Positions 41,352-51,662 of a stretch of DNA of 64,000 nt are shown piece by piece (position 1 is the stretch's first letter; each line of letters begins with the position of its first letter). The position numbers and the translations under genes were made by a program. The DNA is from an uncultured Pelagibacteraceae bacterium (lineage in GTDB: Bacteria > Pseudomonadota > Alphaproteobacteria > Pelagibacterales > Pelagibacteraceae): assembly GCA_902590505.1 (NCBI GenBank), contig CACIWZ010000005.1, positions 35,082 through 99,081 on the forward strand, in the 5' to 3' direction. The notes under the pieces are model-generated. The model did no database searches. It was not told the DNA's origin and saw only the letters and a program-made list of their open reading frames with translations.

Positions 41352-43457
41352 ATGAGTAATTATTTAGAACTTCTATATTTAATTTCATTTACTGGGATAC
41401 TAGCTGTAGCCTATAGTTATCTTTTGTCTGGTCAAATTATATCATCTAGTCCGGGTAACTCTAGAATGCAGGAAATCGCTGAAGCAATTCAAATAGGAGC
41501 CAAAGCTTATTTGAATAGACAATATAAAACTATCGCTATTGTTGGAATAATTGTCTTAGCAATAGTAACTTACTTTTTTAATTATTTAGTTGGATTAGGT
41601 TACTTTATAGGAGCGTTTCTTTCTGGAGTAGCTGGTTATGTTGGAATGTTAATTTCAGTAAAAGCAAATGTCAGAACAGCAGAAGCTTCAAGACAGAGTT
41701 TGCAATCAGGATTAACAATAGCTTTTAAATCTGGAGCAATAACTGGTTTATTAGTCGCTGGTTTGGCTTTATTAGCAATTACAATTTATTATATAATTTT
41801 AATTAATCTTAATGTAGATAGTAGGGAAATCATTAATGCCTTGGTTGCCCTTGGATTTGGAGCATCTCTTATTTCAATTTTTGCTAGACTTGGTGGTGGT
41901 ATTTTTACAAAAGGAGCTGATGTTGGTGCCGACTTAGTTGGAAAAGTTGAAGCAGGAATTCCAGAAGATGATCCACGAAACCCAGCAGTTATAGCTGACA
42001 ACGTAGGTGATAATGTAGGTGATTGTGCTGGTATGGCCGCTGATTTGTTTGAAACATACGCGGTAACAATAGTAGCGACAATGGTCTTAGCATCGATTTT
42101 TTCTCCTCAAGATTATAATTTAATGATTTATCCACTAGCGATTGGTGGTGCTTGTATTATTACATCAATAATTGGAACTTGGTTTGTTAAACTAGGTAAA
42201 ACCAAAAGTATAATGGGTGCTTTGTATAAAGGGTTTATTATTACAGCGATTACATCTTTGATAATCATGTATCCTATAACAGACTCAATTATTGGATTAA
42301 AATCAAACTACAATAATAATGCAGGAGCGGTATTTACAGGCTTTGATCTTTATATTTGTGGTGTTGTAGGATTTATAATTACAGGATTATTAATTTGGGT
42401 TACAGAATATTATACAGGAACTAATTATAGGCCAGTTAGAACCGTTGCCAAATCTTCAACAACAGGACATGGTACAAATGTTATTCAAGGGTTAGCTATA
42501 TCTATGGAAGCTACAGCTGTACCAGCTTTAATAATTGTAGCAGGTATTTTATACACTAATAGTTTAGCTGGTTTGTATGGTATTGCCATTGCTGTAACAG
42601 CGATGTTAGCTTTAACTGGGATGGTTGTTGCTTTAGATGCGTATGGACCTGTAACTGATAATGCAGGGGGAATCGCAGAAATGTCTAAGTTACCGAAAAA
42701 TGTTAGAAAGACTACCGATGCATTAGATGCTGTGGGTAACACAACTAAAGCCGTAACAAAAGGTTACGCAATAGGTTCAGCTGGTTTAGGCGCACTTGTC
42801 CTATTTGCTGCATATACAGAAGATATAAAATATTTTTCTGGAGTATCCGGCTCTGCACTTGAAGGTGTTGATGTAACTTTTGATTTATCAAACCCATTCG
42901 TAGTTGCTGGTTTATTAATTGGTGGTATGTTGCCATATCTATTTGGATCAATGGGCATGCAAGCAGTTGGTAGAGCTGGTGGGGCAGTCGTTATTGAAGT
43001 TCGAAGGCAGTTTAAAAAAATACCTGGAATAATGAAGGGAAAAAGAAAACCTGACTATGGAAAGCTGGTTGATTTATTAACTAAAGCTGCCATTAAAGAA
43101 ATGATAATACCTTCTCTTTTACCAGTCTTGTCGCCTATAATTCTTTATTTTGTTATTTTACAAATTGGTGGATTAGAAGCAGCGTTATCCTCTTTGGGCG
43201 CAATGTTATTAGGCGTAATCATTACAGGTTTATTTGTTGCAGTATCAATGACTGCTGGAGGCGGAGCTTGGGATAATGCTAAAAAATATATCGAAGATGG
43301 AAACTTTGGTGGTAAAGGATCCGAAGCACATAAATCTGCTGTAACAGGTGATACAGTAGGTGATCCATATAAAGATACAGCTGGTCCTGCTGTAAATCCA
43401 ATGATAAAAATTACCAATATAGTAGCTCTTTTGTTGCTAGCAGTTATTGCACACTAA
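41352..43457 (+). CDS. hppA: Membrane H+-translocating pyrophosphatase (K+-independent type)
   Basis: [44 protein letters not shown]; ATG at 41352. Confidence 0.96.
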   Translation: MSNYLELLYLISFTGILAVAYSYLLSGQIISSSPGNSRMQEIAEAIQIGAKAYLNRQYKTIAIVGIIVLAIVTYFFNYLVGLGYFIGAFLSGVAGYVGMLISVKANVRTAEASRQSLQSGLTIAFKSGAITGLLVAGLALLAITIYYIILINLNVDSREIINALVALGFGASLISIFARLGGGIFTKGADVGADLVGKVEAGIPEDDPRNPAVIADNVGDNVGDCAGMAADLFETYAVTIVATMVLASIFSPQDYNLMIYPLAIGGACIITSIIGTWFVKLGKTKSIMGALYKGFIITAITSLIIMYPITDSIIGLKSNYNNNAGAVFTGFDLYICGVVGFIITGLLIWVTEYYTGTNYRPVRTVAKSSTTGHGTNVIQGLAISMEATAVPALIIVAGILYTNSLAGLYGIAIAVTAMLALTGMVVALDAYGPVTDNAGGIAEMSKLPKNVRKTTDALDAVGNTTKAVTKGYAIGSAGLGALVLFAAYTEDIKYFSGVSGSALEGVDVTFDLSNPFVVAGLLIGGMLPYLFGSMGMQAVGRAGGAVVIEVRRQFKKIPGIMKGKRKPDYGKLVDLLTKAAIKEMIIPSLLPVLSPIILYFVILQIGGLEAALSSLGAMLLGVIITGLFVAVSMTAGGGAWDNAKKYIEDGNFGGKGSEAHKSAVTGDTVGDPYKDTAGPAVNPMIKITNIVALLLLAVIAH

Positions 43458-43925
43458 CTACTTCTGGTTAGAATACATTTTTTGTTTAATACTTTGTAAG
43501 AATTTCTGAACAAAACTTTTTTGAGTTAATTCATTTTCAGTAATTTTTTGCGAAAATTCTAACTTTTTTAAATCTTCTTTTTTTAAAAATTTCTTGTTTT
43601 TGAGCACTCCATACTTATCGAAATCTAAGACTAAAATATTGTTTTCTTTTAAAATATGTCTGCCGAGTTTGTGGTATTTTCCTTTAGACAATATTCTTTC
43701 CAGATATATCCATGACTGATTTATTTCATCTTCTTTTATATGCGGTCTACCCATTATTCTAATAACATCATTTTTATTTGATCGATTTAGAACAAGTTTT
43801 TGTGATCTATTTTCTAAGAAAACAATACCATGTGTTTTTAAAGGCTCTTGTAATTTACAACTTATTAAAATAATAAAAACTAACAAATATAATATATTAT
43901 TATGAAATTTTTTAATAAAAGACAT
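43458..43925 (-). CDS. bamE: Outer membrane assembly lipoprotein BamE (SmpA/OmlA)
   Basis: Lipobox LISC, SNKNDVIRIMGRP, WIY, VLDFDKYGVL. Confidence 0.8.
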   Translation of the reverse strand: MSFIKKFHNNILYLLVFIILISCKLQEPLKTHGIVFLENRSQKLVLNRSNKNDVIRIMGRPHIKEDEINQSWIYLERILSKGKYHKLGRHILKENNILVLDFDKYGVLKNKKFLKKEDLKKLEFSQKITENELTQKSFVQKFLQSIKQKMYSNQK

Positions 43926-44396
43926 GAGGCAGTACTTTATAATACATTATTAAATTTGTCTCGAAATATTTTTTTTTACAAAAAATTACAATTAAAGGAC
44001 TCTTTTGAAACTAGAATTTATTTAATGTTTTTTCATTACTCTATTATTTTATTAATTTTAAAGAAAAAAAGCATCAAATATGATCAAAAAAGCTATGATG
44101 ATTTATTTAATAGCATTGAAAATAATCTTAGAGAACTAGGTTTTGGAGACGTTTCAGTAAACAAAAAAATGAAAGATCTTAATAAAATTTTTTATGATGT
44201 ATTGCTTAAATTAAATATTGGAAAAGATAACTTTGAAATTAATGAAAAACTTATTTTAAAGTATTTCGATTATCTCGATTTTAAAAATACTGAAAAAATA
44301 AAGGATTTTAGTGATTATTTTACCAATTTTTATAAATTTTGCTTTGATAAACCATCAGATATTATGATAGAAGAAGCCATTAACTTTAAAAATTGA
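43902..44396 (+). CDS. Ubiquinol-cytochrome c chaperone (Cbp3 family)
   Basis: [22 protein letters not shown]; conserved position between bamE and rpmF/plsX. Confidence 0.85.
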   Translation: MKFFNKRHEAVLYNTLLNLSRNIFFYKKLQLKDSFETRIYLMFFHYSIILLILKKKSIKYDQKSYDDLFNSIENNLRELGFGDVSVNKKMKDLNKIFYDVLLKLNIGKDNFEINEKLILKYFDYLDFKNTEKIKDFSDYFTNFYKFCFDKPSDIMIEEAINFKN

Positions 44397-44398
44397 TT

Positions 44399-44572
44399 AT
44401 GGCAGTACCTAAACGAAAAACCTCAATTTCAAAAAAAAAAATGAGAAGATCTCATCATAAAATAATTTCTGTCAATGTGGCTGAAGATAAAAAATCTGGT
44501 GAGTATAAACTCTCACATCATATAGATCTTAAGACCGGTTATTACAACGGTAAAAAAATTTTAGATATTTAA
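44399..44572 (+). CDS. rpmF: 50S ribosomal protein L32 (Cys-free), 57 aa
   Basis: Not in the ORF track. Reads [20 protein letters not shown]...[19 protein letters not shown]. Confidence 0.96.
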   Translation: MAVPKRKTSISKKKMRRSHHKIISVNVAEDKKSGEYKLSHHIDLKTGYYNGKKILDI

Positions 44573-44581
44573 TTATTTATC

Positions 44582-45622
44582 ATGGTAAAGAAAATTACTA
44601 TTGCAATTGATGCAATGGGTGGTGAAAATGCTCCAGAAAAAACGATTGAGGGTGTAAAATTATTTTTAAAGAATAATAAAACACACGATGATTTTATTAT
44701 CAATTTATTTGGAGATAAAAAAAGAATTGAAGAAAAATTAAAAAAAGAAAATATTGACAGGACCAATTTAAAAATAACACATACCGACTCGGTTGTAGCT
44801 GACGATGAGACTCCTTTAACAGCTATAAAGAATTCTAAAAATACAAGTATGTGGAATTGTATAAGCTCACAAGTTAATGGGGATTCTGATATAAGTCTAT
44901 CAGCTGGTAATACTGGTGTGTTATTAGTAGTTTCTAGAATGATACTTAAAATGATGGATGATGTTAGTAAACCTGCTCTGGCAGGTTTATGGCCAAATAA
45001 TAAGAATACGAACGTTGTGTTAGATTTAGGTGCTAATATTGAATGTGACGAAGATAACTTTGTTGATTTTGCAGAATTAGGTTCCGCTTTATATAAATCT
45101 TTATTTCCAAATGAAAATCCAAAAGTATCATTATTAAATATAGGCTCTGAAGAAATAAAAGGAACAGAAATTCTTAAAAAAGCTTTTAAAAAACTAACTA
45201 GATTAAGTAATGTAAATAATTTTACATTTAATGGTTACATTGAAGGAAATGAAATCATGAAAGGTGATTCAAATGTTATTGTAACTGATGGTTTTACTGG
45301 TAATATAGCCTTGAAAACAGCTGAGGGAACAGCGAAGTTTATTACAGACAATCTTAAAAAATCGTTAACTAAAAATTTATTCACTAAAATTTCTTTAGTT
45401 TTTTCTTATTTTTCACTTAAAAAATTTAAAGAAAGACTAGACCCTAGAAAATATAATGGTGCAATTTTTTTAGGTTTAAACGGACCGGTTGTAAAAAGTC
45501 ATGGAGGAACTGATAGTCTTGGTTTTTATTATTCCATTGATTTGTGTTATAAAATAGTAAAAGGTAACTTAATAAAAGAGATTAAAAAAAATTTAAGTCA
45601 TTTAAAAAGTGACCAGGAATAA
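44582..45622 (+). CDS. plsX: Phosphate acyltransferase PlsX
   Basis: IAIDAMGG, SAGNTG, LDLGAN, DGFTGNIALK, VVKSHG. Confidence 0.97.
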   Translation: MVKKITIAIDAMGGENAPEKTIEGVKLFLKNNKTHDDFIINLFGDKKRIEEKLKKENIDRTNLKITHTDSVVADDETPLTAIKNSKNTSMWNCISSQVNGDSDISLSAGNTGVLLVVSRMILKMMDDVSKPALAGLWPNNKNTNVVLDLGANIECDEDNFVDFAELGSALYKSLFPNENPKVSLLNIGSEEIKGTEILKKAFKKLTRLSNVNNFTFNGYIEGNEIMKGDSNVIVTDGFTGNIALKTAEGTAKFITDNLKKSLTKNLFTKISLVFSYFSLKKFKERLDPRKYNGAIFLGLNGPVVKSHGGTDSLGFYYSIDLCYKIVKGNLIKEIKKNLSHLKSDQE

Positions 45623-45902
45623 TTATAACAAAAAAAATTTATCAGATTTTTTAAGTGAAAAAAAAGGTTACTCCTCTCTTTTTTCACAAAAGATAGTAGA
45701 TGATTTAATCCATGTAATTTGCCAAAATTTAATATTAGGTGATATTACCCTTAAAAACTTGGGTGTTTTCAAAATAATTCAAAAAAATGAACGGTTGGGA
45801 CGGAATCCCAAAACAAAAAAAACATATATTATAAATAAAAGAAAATCCCTAAGTTTTACTTGTTCAAAATCATTTTTAAAAACAGTTAATAAAGATGGAT
45901 AA
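45609..45902 (+). CDS. ihfA: Integration host factor alpha / HU-family protein
   Basis: LGVF, RLGRNPKT; position between plsX and merR. Confidence 0.8.
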   Translation: MTRNNYNKKNLSDFLSEKKGYSSLFSQKIVDDLIHVICQNLILGDITLKNLGVFKIIQKNERLGRNPKTKKTYIINKRKSLSFTCSKSFLKTVNKDG

Positions 45903-46275
45903 ACTAATATCTATTAGTCAGCTTTCTTATAAATTAAACTTAATTAGTCCAAATAATAAAAAACCAAAAAATTACATATTAAGGTATTGGGAAAAGGAAT
46001 TTAAACAGATAAAACCTAAGATTATTAATAGAAGGAGGTATTACTCAATTGAACAAATTGAGTTAATAAAACTAGTTCATTTTTTACTAAAAAATAAAGG
46101 TATGACTATAAATGGTGTAAAAAAGGTACTTAATACAGATATAAATAAACTTGACGATTATAATTCTCATAGTTTAAAAGCTAATTATTATAAAAACAAT
46201 CTAAAAGACAAAAGCAAAAAACTGCTAAATAAAATAAAGAATTTAAAAAAATATGGCAAAAAAATCACATATTAA
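45895..46275 (+). CDS. MerR family HTH protein
   Basis: ILRYWEKEF, RRRYY, GMTINGVKK; conserved after ihfA. Confidence 0.88.
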   Translation: MDKLISISQLSYKLNLISPNNKKPKNYILRYWEKEFKQIKPKIINRRRYYSIEQIELIKLVHFLLKNKGMTINGVKKVLNTDINKLDDYNSHSLKANYYKNNLKDKSKKLLNKIKNLKKYGKKITY

Positions 46276-46444
46276 AGTTAGAATGGTTCCAGAAAGTAAT
46301 CCTGATAGTAAATTTATTTATTATGCAAAAAAACCCACTAAAGGCGAAAAGGCTAAAGATAAATTAAAGCTAAAAAAGTATAATCCAAATACTAGAAAAC
46401 ACGAGTTTTTTGTTGAAAAAAAACTTCCTCCTCACAGCAAATAA
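46253..46444 (+). CDS. rpmG: 50S ribosomal protein L33 (Cys-free)
   Basis: MAKK...KLKLKKYNPNTRKHEFFVEKK. Confidence 0.9.
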   Translation: MAKKSHIKVRMVPESNPDSKFIYYAKKPTKGEKAKDKLKLKKYNPNTRKHEFFVEKKLPPHSK

Positions 46445-46453
46445 GATTAAAGT

Positions 46454-46735
46454 TTATTTTTTTTTAAAATTCCTAAACTCATAATCAATATAAGCCTTTA
46501 TCATACTTTTCCAAATCAACTCAGTTATTTTGGGATCTATATTTTTATGTCTTGATTTTTTATTTATATTTTTAAGAATAATTTTGATCCTTTTTTTGTC
46601 TACAATATCTTTTTTGTATTTCTTATTTTTCAATACTTTATCAACTAATAAAGTTCTTTTTTTTACAAGATTTAAAAAATAATTATCTAATTGGTCTAAT
46701 TTTTTCCTTATCTTAAGTATATTTTTATTTACCAT
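46454..46735 (-). CDS. Chorismate mutase type II family protein
   Basis: IRKKLDQLD...LVKKR...K....IVDKKRI pattern. Confidence 0.8.
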   Translation of the reverse strand: MVNKNILKIRKKLDQLDNYFLNLVKKRTLLVDKVLKNKKYKKDIVDKKRIKIILKNINKKSRHKNIDPKITELIWKSMIKAYIDYEFRNFKKK

Positions 46736-46789
46736 AGCGACATTATTAAATTATAGATTTGTAGGATTATATATATATTAAAAGAATTA

Positions 46790-47812
46790 ATGATACACGA
46801 TAAAAAAATTAATTATCTATTTTTTAATTGGCTTACAATCTGTTTAATATCAGTTTTTCTAATTATTTTAGTAGGTGGTTTAACCAGATTAACTAATTCA
46901 GGTTTATCAATTACACAATGGGAACTATTTAGGGGAATTATGCCTCCTTTAAATGAAAATACCTGGAATGAATATTTTGAACTTTATAAAGAAATTCCAC
47001 AATTTAAACTTATCAATTTTAATATGAATTTAACCGAATTTAAAATTATTTTTTATTGGGAATATTTTCATAGAATCCTTGGAAGATTTATAGGTATTTT
47101 TTTCTTAATACCCCTTTTATATTTTCACTTTACTAAAAAAATAAAAAAAGATTATATATTAACTTGCTATATAATTTTCTTTTTAATAGTGGTTCAGGGA
47201 ATTATTGGCTGGTATATGGTTAAAAGTGGATTAGTTAATGATGTTACAGTAAGTCATTATAGATTATCACTTCATCTTTCTACAGCATTAATTATTATTT
47301 CCTCGATTTTTTGGCTGATTATAAATATTAAAAATGATACTCACAAAGGATTTTTTATTTTTGCGAAAAAAAATATTATTTTTCAAATATTATTCTTTTT
47401 AATATTACTCCAAGTTATCTTAGGGGCGTTCGTTTCCGGACTAGATGCTGGAAAAATTTATCAAACATGGCCTCTCATGGGTCACTCACTTGTTCCTAAT
47501 GACTTGATATTAAAAAATTTTAATAATTTTTTTGATTTTAATAACCACTCTTTAGTACAATTTTACCATCGAAATTTAGCTTATTTAATAACAATTTATA
47601 TTTTTATTTTAGGTATTTATATTTATAAGAAAAAAATTAAAAAAATTTATTATTCATTCAAACTAATGATATTCTTTTTAATAATTCAAGTAATTCTTGG
47701 TGTACTTACACTTCTAAGCGGCCTAAATATTTATTTAGCTTCAGCTCATCAAATTGGCAGTGTTTTTTTAATTTTAGGGTCAATAAATCTTTATTATTCA
47801 TATATTAAATAA
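46790..47812 (+). CDS. ctaA: Heme A synthase (COX15/CtaA type 2)
   Basis: GGLTRLTNSGLSITQW, WEYFHR, GWYMVKSG, VSHYRLSLH, HQ. Confidence 0.95.
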   Translation: MIHDKKINYLFFNWLTICLISVFLIILVGGLTRLTNSGLSITQWELFRGIMPPLNENTWNEYFELYKEIPQFKLINFNMNLTEFKIIFYWEYFHRILGRFIGIFFLIPLLYFHFTKKIKKDYILTCYIIFFLIVVQGIIGWYMVKSGLVNDVTVSHYRLSLHLSTALIIISSIFWLIINIKNDTHKGFFIFAKKNIIFQILFFLILLQVILGAFVSGLDAGKIYQTWPLMGHSLVPNDLILKNFNNFFDFNNHSLVQFYHRNLAYLITIYIFILGIYIYKKKIKKIYYSFKLMIFFLIIQVILGVLTLLSGLNIYLASAHQIGSVFLILGSINLYYSYIK

Positions 47813-47813
47813 A

Positions 47814-47848
47814 TTGACTTTGAGTAGATTAATATGTATTCATCGCCC
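47814..47848 (+). promoter_or_regulatory. Putative rplM-rpsI promoter
   Basis: TTGACT, 17 bp spacer, TATTCA, then GC-rich TCGCCC. Confidence 0.45.
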
Positions 47849-47854
47849 ATTATC

Positions 47855-48313
47855 ATGACACCATTTATTAAAGATAAAGATATTAAAAAAGATTGGTACT
47901 TAATTAATGCTCAAGATGCTGCTGTAGGAAGACTAGCAGCTTTTATCTCAAAGGTTTTAAGAGGAAAAAACAAACCAACTTATAACCCTCATATAGATAA
48001 TGGAGACTTTGTTGTTGTAACAAATATTGAAAAAATTAAATTTTCGGGTAAAAAATTCAAAAATAAAAAATATTATAGACACACAGGTCATCCTGGGGGA
48101 ATCAAAGAATCAACTCCTTTAACTTTAAAAGAAAAAAATAAAACACAAGATATACTTAGGTTGGCTGTAAAAAGAATGTTGCCTAGCGGACCACTAGGTA
48201 AAAAACAACTCACAAAACTAAAAATTTACAGTGGTGAAACTCATCCTCACGATGTACAAAAACCAAAAATTATTAATTTCGAAAAATTGAATAAAAAGAA
48301 TATTTTGAGATAA
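47855..48313 (+). CDS. rplM: 50S ribosomal protein L13
   Basis: GRLA, LRGKNKP, YYRHTGHPGGIK, RMLP. Confidence 0.97.
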   Translation: MTPFIKDKDIKKDWYLINAQDAAVGRLAAFISKVLRGKNKPTYNPHIDNGDFVVVTNIEKIKFSGKKFKNKKYYRHTGHPGGIKESTPLTLKEKNKTQDILRLAVKRMLPSGPLGKKQLTKLKIYSGETHPHDVQKPKIINFEKLNKKNILR

Positions 48314-48753
48314 TGCAAAATTTAGAATCCAGCTCAACTAAAAATAAAAAGATTAAATTAGATTTTAAAGATAGTAAATACGCAACTGGAAGACGAAAAA
48401 GATCAATAGCCAAGGTTTGGGTTAAGAAAGGAAGTGGTAATATTCACGTTAACGGATTAAAGATGAATGAATATTTTAAGCGTCCTGTTCATCAAATAAT
48501 TGTAACCCGTCCGTTAGAAATATCTGAGGTAGCTTCGAATTATGATGTAAGATGCTCTGTTAAAGGAGGAGGATTGTCGGGCCAGGCAGGTGCTATTATT
48601 TTAGGAATTTCCAAAGCACTGATTGCTCACGATGAAAACTTAAAGAAGAGTCTTAAAAAAGACAAATTAACGACAAGAGATTCTAGAGTTGTAGAAAGAA
48701 AAAAATACGGTCATAGAAAAGCAAGAAGAAGCTTCCAATTTTCAAAAAGATAA
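48313..48753 (+). CDS. rpsI: 30S ribosomal protein S9
   Basis: TGRRK, GGGLSGQAGA, RDSRVVERKK, QFSKR. Confidence 0.98.
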   Translation: MQNLESSSTKNKKIKLDFKDSKYATGRRKRSIAKVWVKKGSGNIHVNGLKMNEYFKRPVHQIIVTRPLEISEVASNYDVRCSVKGGGLSGQAGAIILGISKALIAHDENLKKSLKKDKLTTRDSRVVERKKYGHRKARRSFQFSKR

Positions 48754-48796
48754 TCATTTAATTTTAATTATTTTTAAGACAATGATATAAATCATT

Positions 48797-49834
48797 ATGT
48801 CCACAAAACATAAATTGAAAATAGCTGTAATTGGTGCAACTGGGTATACTGGCTTAGATTTAGTTTATATTCTATCCAAACATCCTAAAGTTAAGATCGT
48901 AAATTTGTGCGCTACAAAAAACTTAAATAAGAATATTTCTTTTTTTGACAAAAGAATTAAAAAAAAACTTCCCAAAACATCATCAATTAACAAAATTAAT
49001 TGGAATGATTTAGATTTAGTTTTTTTGTCATTACCTAACGGAGAAGCTCAAAAGATAATAAAAAAAACTTATTACAAATTTAAAAATTTAAAATATATTG
49101 ATTTATCAGCCGATTTTAGAATTACTAACCCAAAGAAATATTATAAAACTTATAACATAAAACATCATGCAAAAGAATTAATTAAAAAATCAATATATTC
49201 AATAAGTGAATTTAATAAATTTAATATTCAAAATTATAGAATTATCTCAAATCCAGGATGTTACCCTACATCGATACAATTAGCACTTAATCCATTATTA
49301 AAAAAAAAATTAATAAATATAAAAGATATTACAATTGACTCAAAATCTGGATATTCAGGTGCTGGCAAAGGTCTTAAGAACAAATTTAAGCATAAAAATC
49401 TTTTTAATTCTACGTTTGCTTATAATGTTAAAAATCATAGACATATGAGTGAAATAGACCAGGAGTTTTATAAGATTACAAAAAATAAAGTAAATTATAC
49501 TTTAAACCCACATTTACTTCCTACATTTAGGGGCATCTTGTCTTCTATATATGTAAATACTAAAGGAAAAGTAAAAGCTGAAAAAATAAGAAATGAATTA
49601 AAAAGATTTTATAAAAAATCTAAATTTATAAAAATTTTAAAATTAAACTCTGAATTAGGATCCGGAGATGTCTTAAATACAAATAATTGTGAAATATCAG
49701 TATGCGAAACTAGGGTAAAAAACAAAATAATTATTTTCTCTGCTATAGATAATTTAGTTAAGGGTGCATCTGGTCAAGCTGTACAAAATATGAATTTACT
49801 TTATAAATTTTCTGAAACGCTTGGTTTGAAATGA
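48797..49834 (+). CDS. argC: N-acetyl-gamma-glutamyl-phosphate reductase
   Basis: GATGYTG, IDLSADFR, NPGCYPT, DNLVKGASGQA. Confidence 0.97.
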   Translation: MSTKHKLKIAVIGATGYTGLDLVYILSKHPKVKIVNLCATKNLNKNISFFDKRIKKKLPKTSSINKINWNDLDLVFLSLPNGEAQKIIKKTYYKFKNLKYIDLSADFRITNPKKYYKTYNIKHHAKELIKKSIYSISEFNKFNIQNYRIISNPGCYPTSIQLALNPLLKKKLINIKDITIDSKSGYSGAGKGLKNKFKHKNLFNSTFAYNVKNHRHMSEIDQEFYKITKNKVNYTLNPHLLPTFRGILSSIYVNTKGKVKAEKIRNELKRFYKKSKFIKILKLNSELGSGDVLNTNNCEISVCETRVKNKIIIFSAIDNLVKGASGQAVQNMNLLYKFSETLGLK

Positions 49835-50373
49835 AATTTTTTATCATCTTATTCTTTTTTTTTATTTTTTCAGGGTGTAACAAAACAAAGACAGTAATGA
49901 TATGTGGCGATCATGTTTGTATAAATAAACTAGAGGCTAAGCAATATTTTGAAGAAAACTTATCAATTGAGGTAAAAATACTTAATCAAAATAAAAATAA
50001 AGAAGAAGATCTTGTTCAACTTAATTTAAATAGTAGCTTTGAAAATAAAAGAAAAATAAGTATTAAAAAGAAAGAAAATACAGAAAAAAGTATTAAAACT
50101 TTATCAAAAAATGAGATTAAAGATATCAAAAACAAAATAGCAAAAAAAAATAAAAAAAATAAAACTAAAAAAAATAAATTGAGTGTTAAATCAGAGAACA
50201 AACTCAATAATATTAGCAAAAAGTCAGTTAAAGTTAATAAAAACATCTATGAGGTTGTAGATGTTTGTACAATAATCGAAAAATGTAGTATTGAAGAAAT
50301 ATCTAAGTATTTGATAGATCAGGGAAATGAACGAGACTATCCTGATATCACAATAAAAGAGCGAAAATTATAA
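49831..50373 (+). CDS. Hypothetical lipoprotein
   Basis: Lipobox FSGC; Cys pairs CGDHVC and CTIIEKC; overlaps the argC stop. Confidence 0.75.
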   Translation: MKFFIILFFFFIFSGCNKTKTVMICGDHVCINKLEAKQYFEENLSIEVKILNQNKNKEEDLVQLNLNSSFENKRKISIKKKENTEKSIKTLSKNEIKDIKNKIAKKNKKNKTKKNKLSVKSENKLNNISKKSVKVNKNIYEVVDVCTIIEKCSIEEISKYLIDQGNERDYPDITIKERKL

Positions 50374-50375
50374 AG

Positions 50376-51662
50376 ATGAATAAATTAAATATCGCTATAA
50401 TTGGTTTAGGTAATATTGGAAGTTATTTATTTAATTATCTTAACAAAAATAAAAATATTTTATCTAAGAAAAATAATTGCATTCCAAATGTAATATTTGT
50501 ATCTGCAAAGAACAAAAAGAGGAAAAGAAAGATAAAAATTAAGAAGAAATTATGGTTAAAGAATTATTTGGATGCAACAAAAGATAAAAATGTAGATCTT
50601 ATCATTGAGCTAATAGGAGGGTCTGAAGGTGCAGCTAAAAAATTAGTTTTTAATGCATTGAAAAACAAAAAACATGTTGTAACTGCAAATAAAGCCCTTA
50701 TAGCAAAATACGGTGATAAATTAGCTGAGATTGCAGAAAAAAATAAAGTTAATTTAGAATTTGAGGCTGCAGTGTGTGGTGGAGTCCCAATAATTCGATC
50801 TATAAAGGAAGGTTTAATTGCAAATAAAATAAATAAAATTTTTGGAATATTTAATGGTACATCTAATTACATCCTTTCTTCAATGGATAAGCAAAGTAAA
50901 GAGTTCGATGAAGTTCTTAATAATGCAAAAAATCTTGGTTATGCAGAGTCAAACCCGTCAGCAGATTTAAATGGAGACGATGTAGCAGCAAAGTTAAAAA
51001 TACTTACATCTTTATGCTTCAATTCATATTTGAATAATAATATTCATGTAGAAGGAATAAAAAATATAGATAAAATTGATATTAGTAATGCTAATAAACT
51101 TGGTTATAAAATTAAGTTACTTGGATACTCAGAACAAATAAATAATAAGATATATCAACGTGTACATCCTGCGTTAATTAAAAAAAGTTCTTATGTAGCT
51201 AGTATTGATGGAGTATTAAATGCAGTAATAGTCGATGGAAAGCCAGTTGGAAAAAATATAATACAAGGTGAGGGTGCTGGTCCAGCAGCAACAACTTCTG
51301 CTCTAGTATCTGATATATCTTCTATTTTAAGGGGTAACATAAAATTTCCTTTTTCTATTTCTAATAAAGAAAGAAAGAGGCTAAAATTTGAAAATATTTC
51401 AAAAAGATCTTTTTCGGCATATCTTAGATTTGAAGTTCTGGATAAATCTGGAGTACTTTCAAATATTACTAATATCTTTTCAAATAATAATGTTTCAATA
51501 AAAAGACTTATACAGAACCCAAATAAGAATAAAGGAATTTCCTCTATAATTATAATTACTCACAATTCTAAGGATAGTTCATTAAATAAAATTGTAAAAA
51601 TAATTGGAAAAAAAATATACGTTAAAAAAAAACCTAAATTAATTAGAATTGATGATAATTAA
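50376..51662 (+). CDS. hom: Homoserine dehydrogenase with ACT domain
   Basis: GLGNIG, VVTANKA, FEAAVCGGVP, NGTSNYIL, GEGAG. Confidence 0.96.
   Translation: MNKLNIAIIGLGNIGSYLFNYLNKNKNILSKKNNCIPNVIFVSAKNKKRKRKIKIKKKLWLKNYLDATKDKNVDLIIELIGGSEGAAKKLVFNALKNKKHVVTANKALIAKYGDKLAEIAEKNKVNLEFEAAVCGGVPIIRSIKEGLIANKINKIFGIFNGTSNYILSSMDKQSKEFDEVLNNAKNLGYAESNPSADLNGDDVAAKLKILTSLCFNSYLNNNIHVEGIKNIDKIDISNANKLGYKIKLLGYSEQINNKIYQRVHPALIKKSSYVASIDGVLNAVIVDGKPVGKNIIQGEGAGPAATTSALVSDISSILRGNIKFPFSISNKERKRLKFENISKRSFSAYLRFEVLDKSGVLSNITNIFSNNNVSIKRLIQNPNKNKGISSIIIITHNSKDSSLNKIVKIIGKKIYVKKKPKLIRIDDN

Noticed and set aside
50040-50240. A-rich repeat-like stretch
   Set aside because: It encodes a Lys/Asn-rich linker with no regular repeat unit or spacers, so it is not a CRISPR array or tandem repeat.
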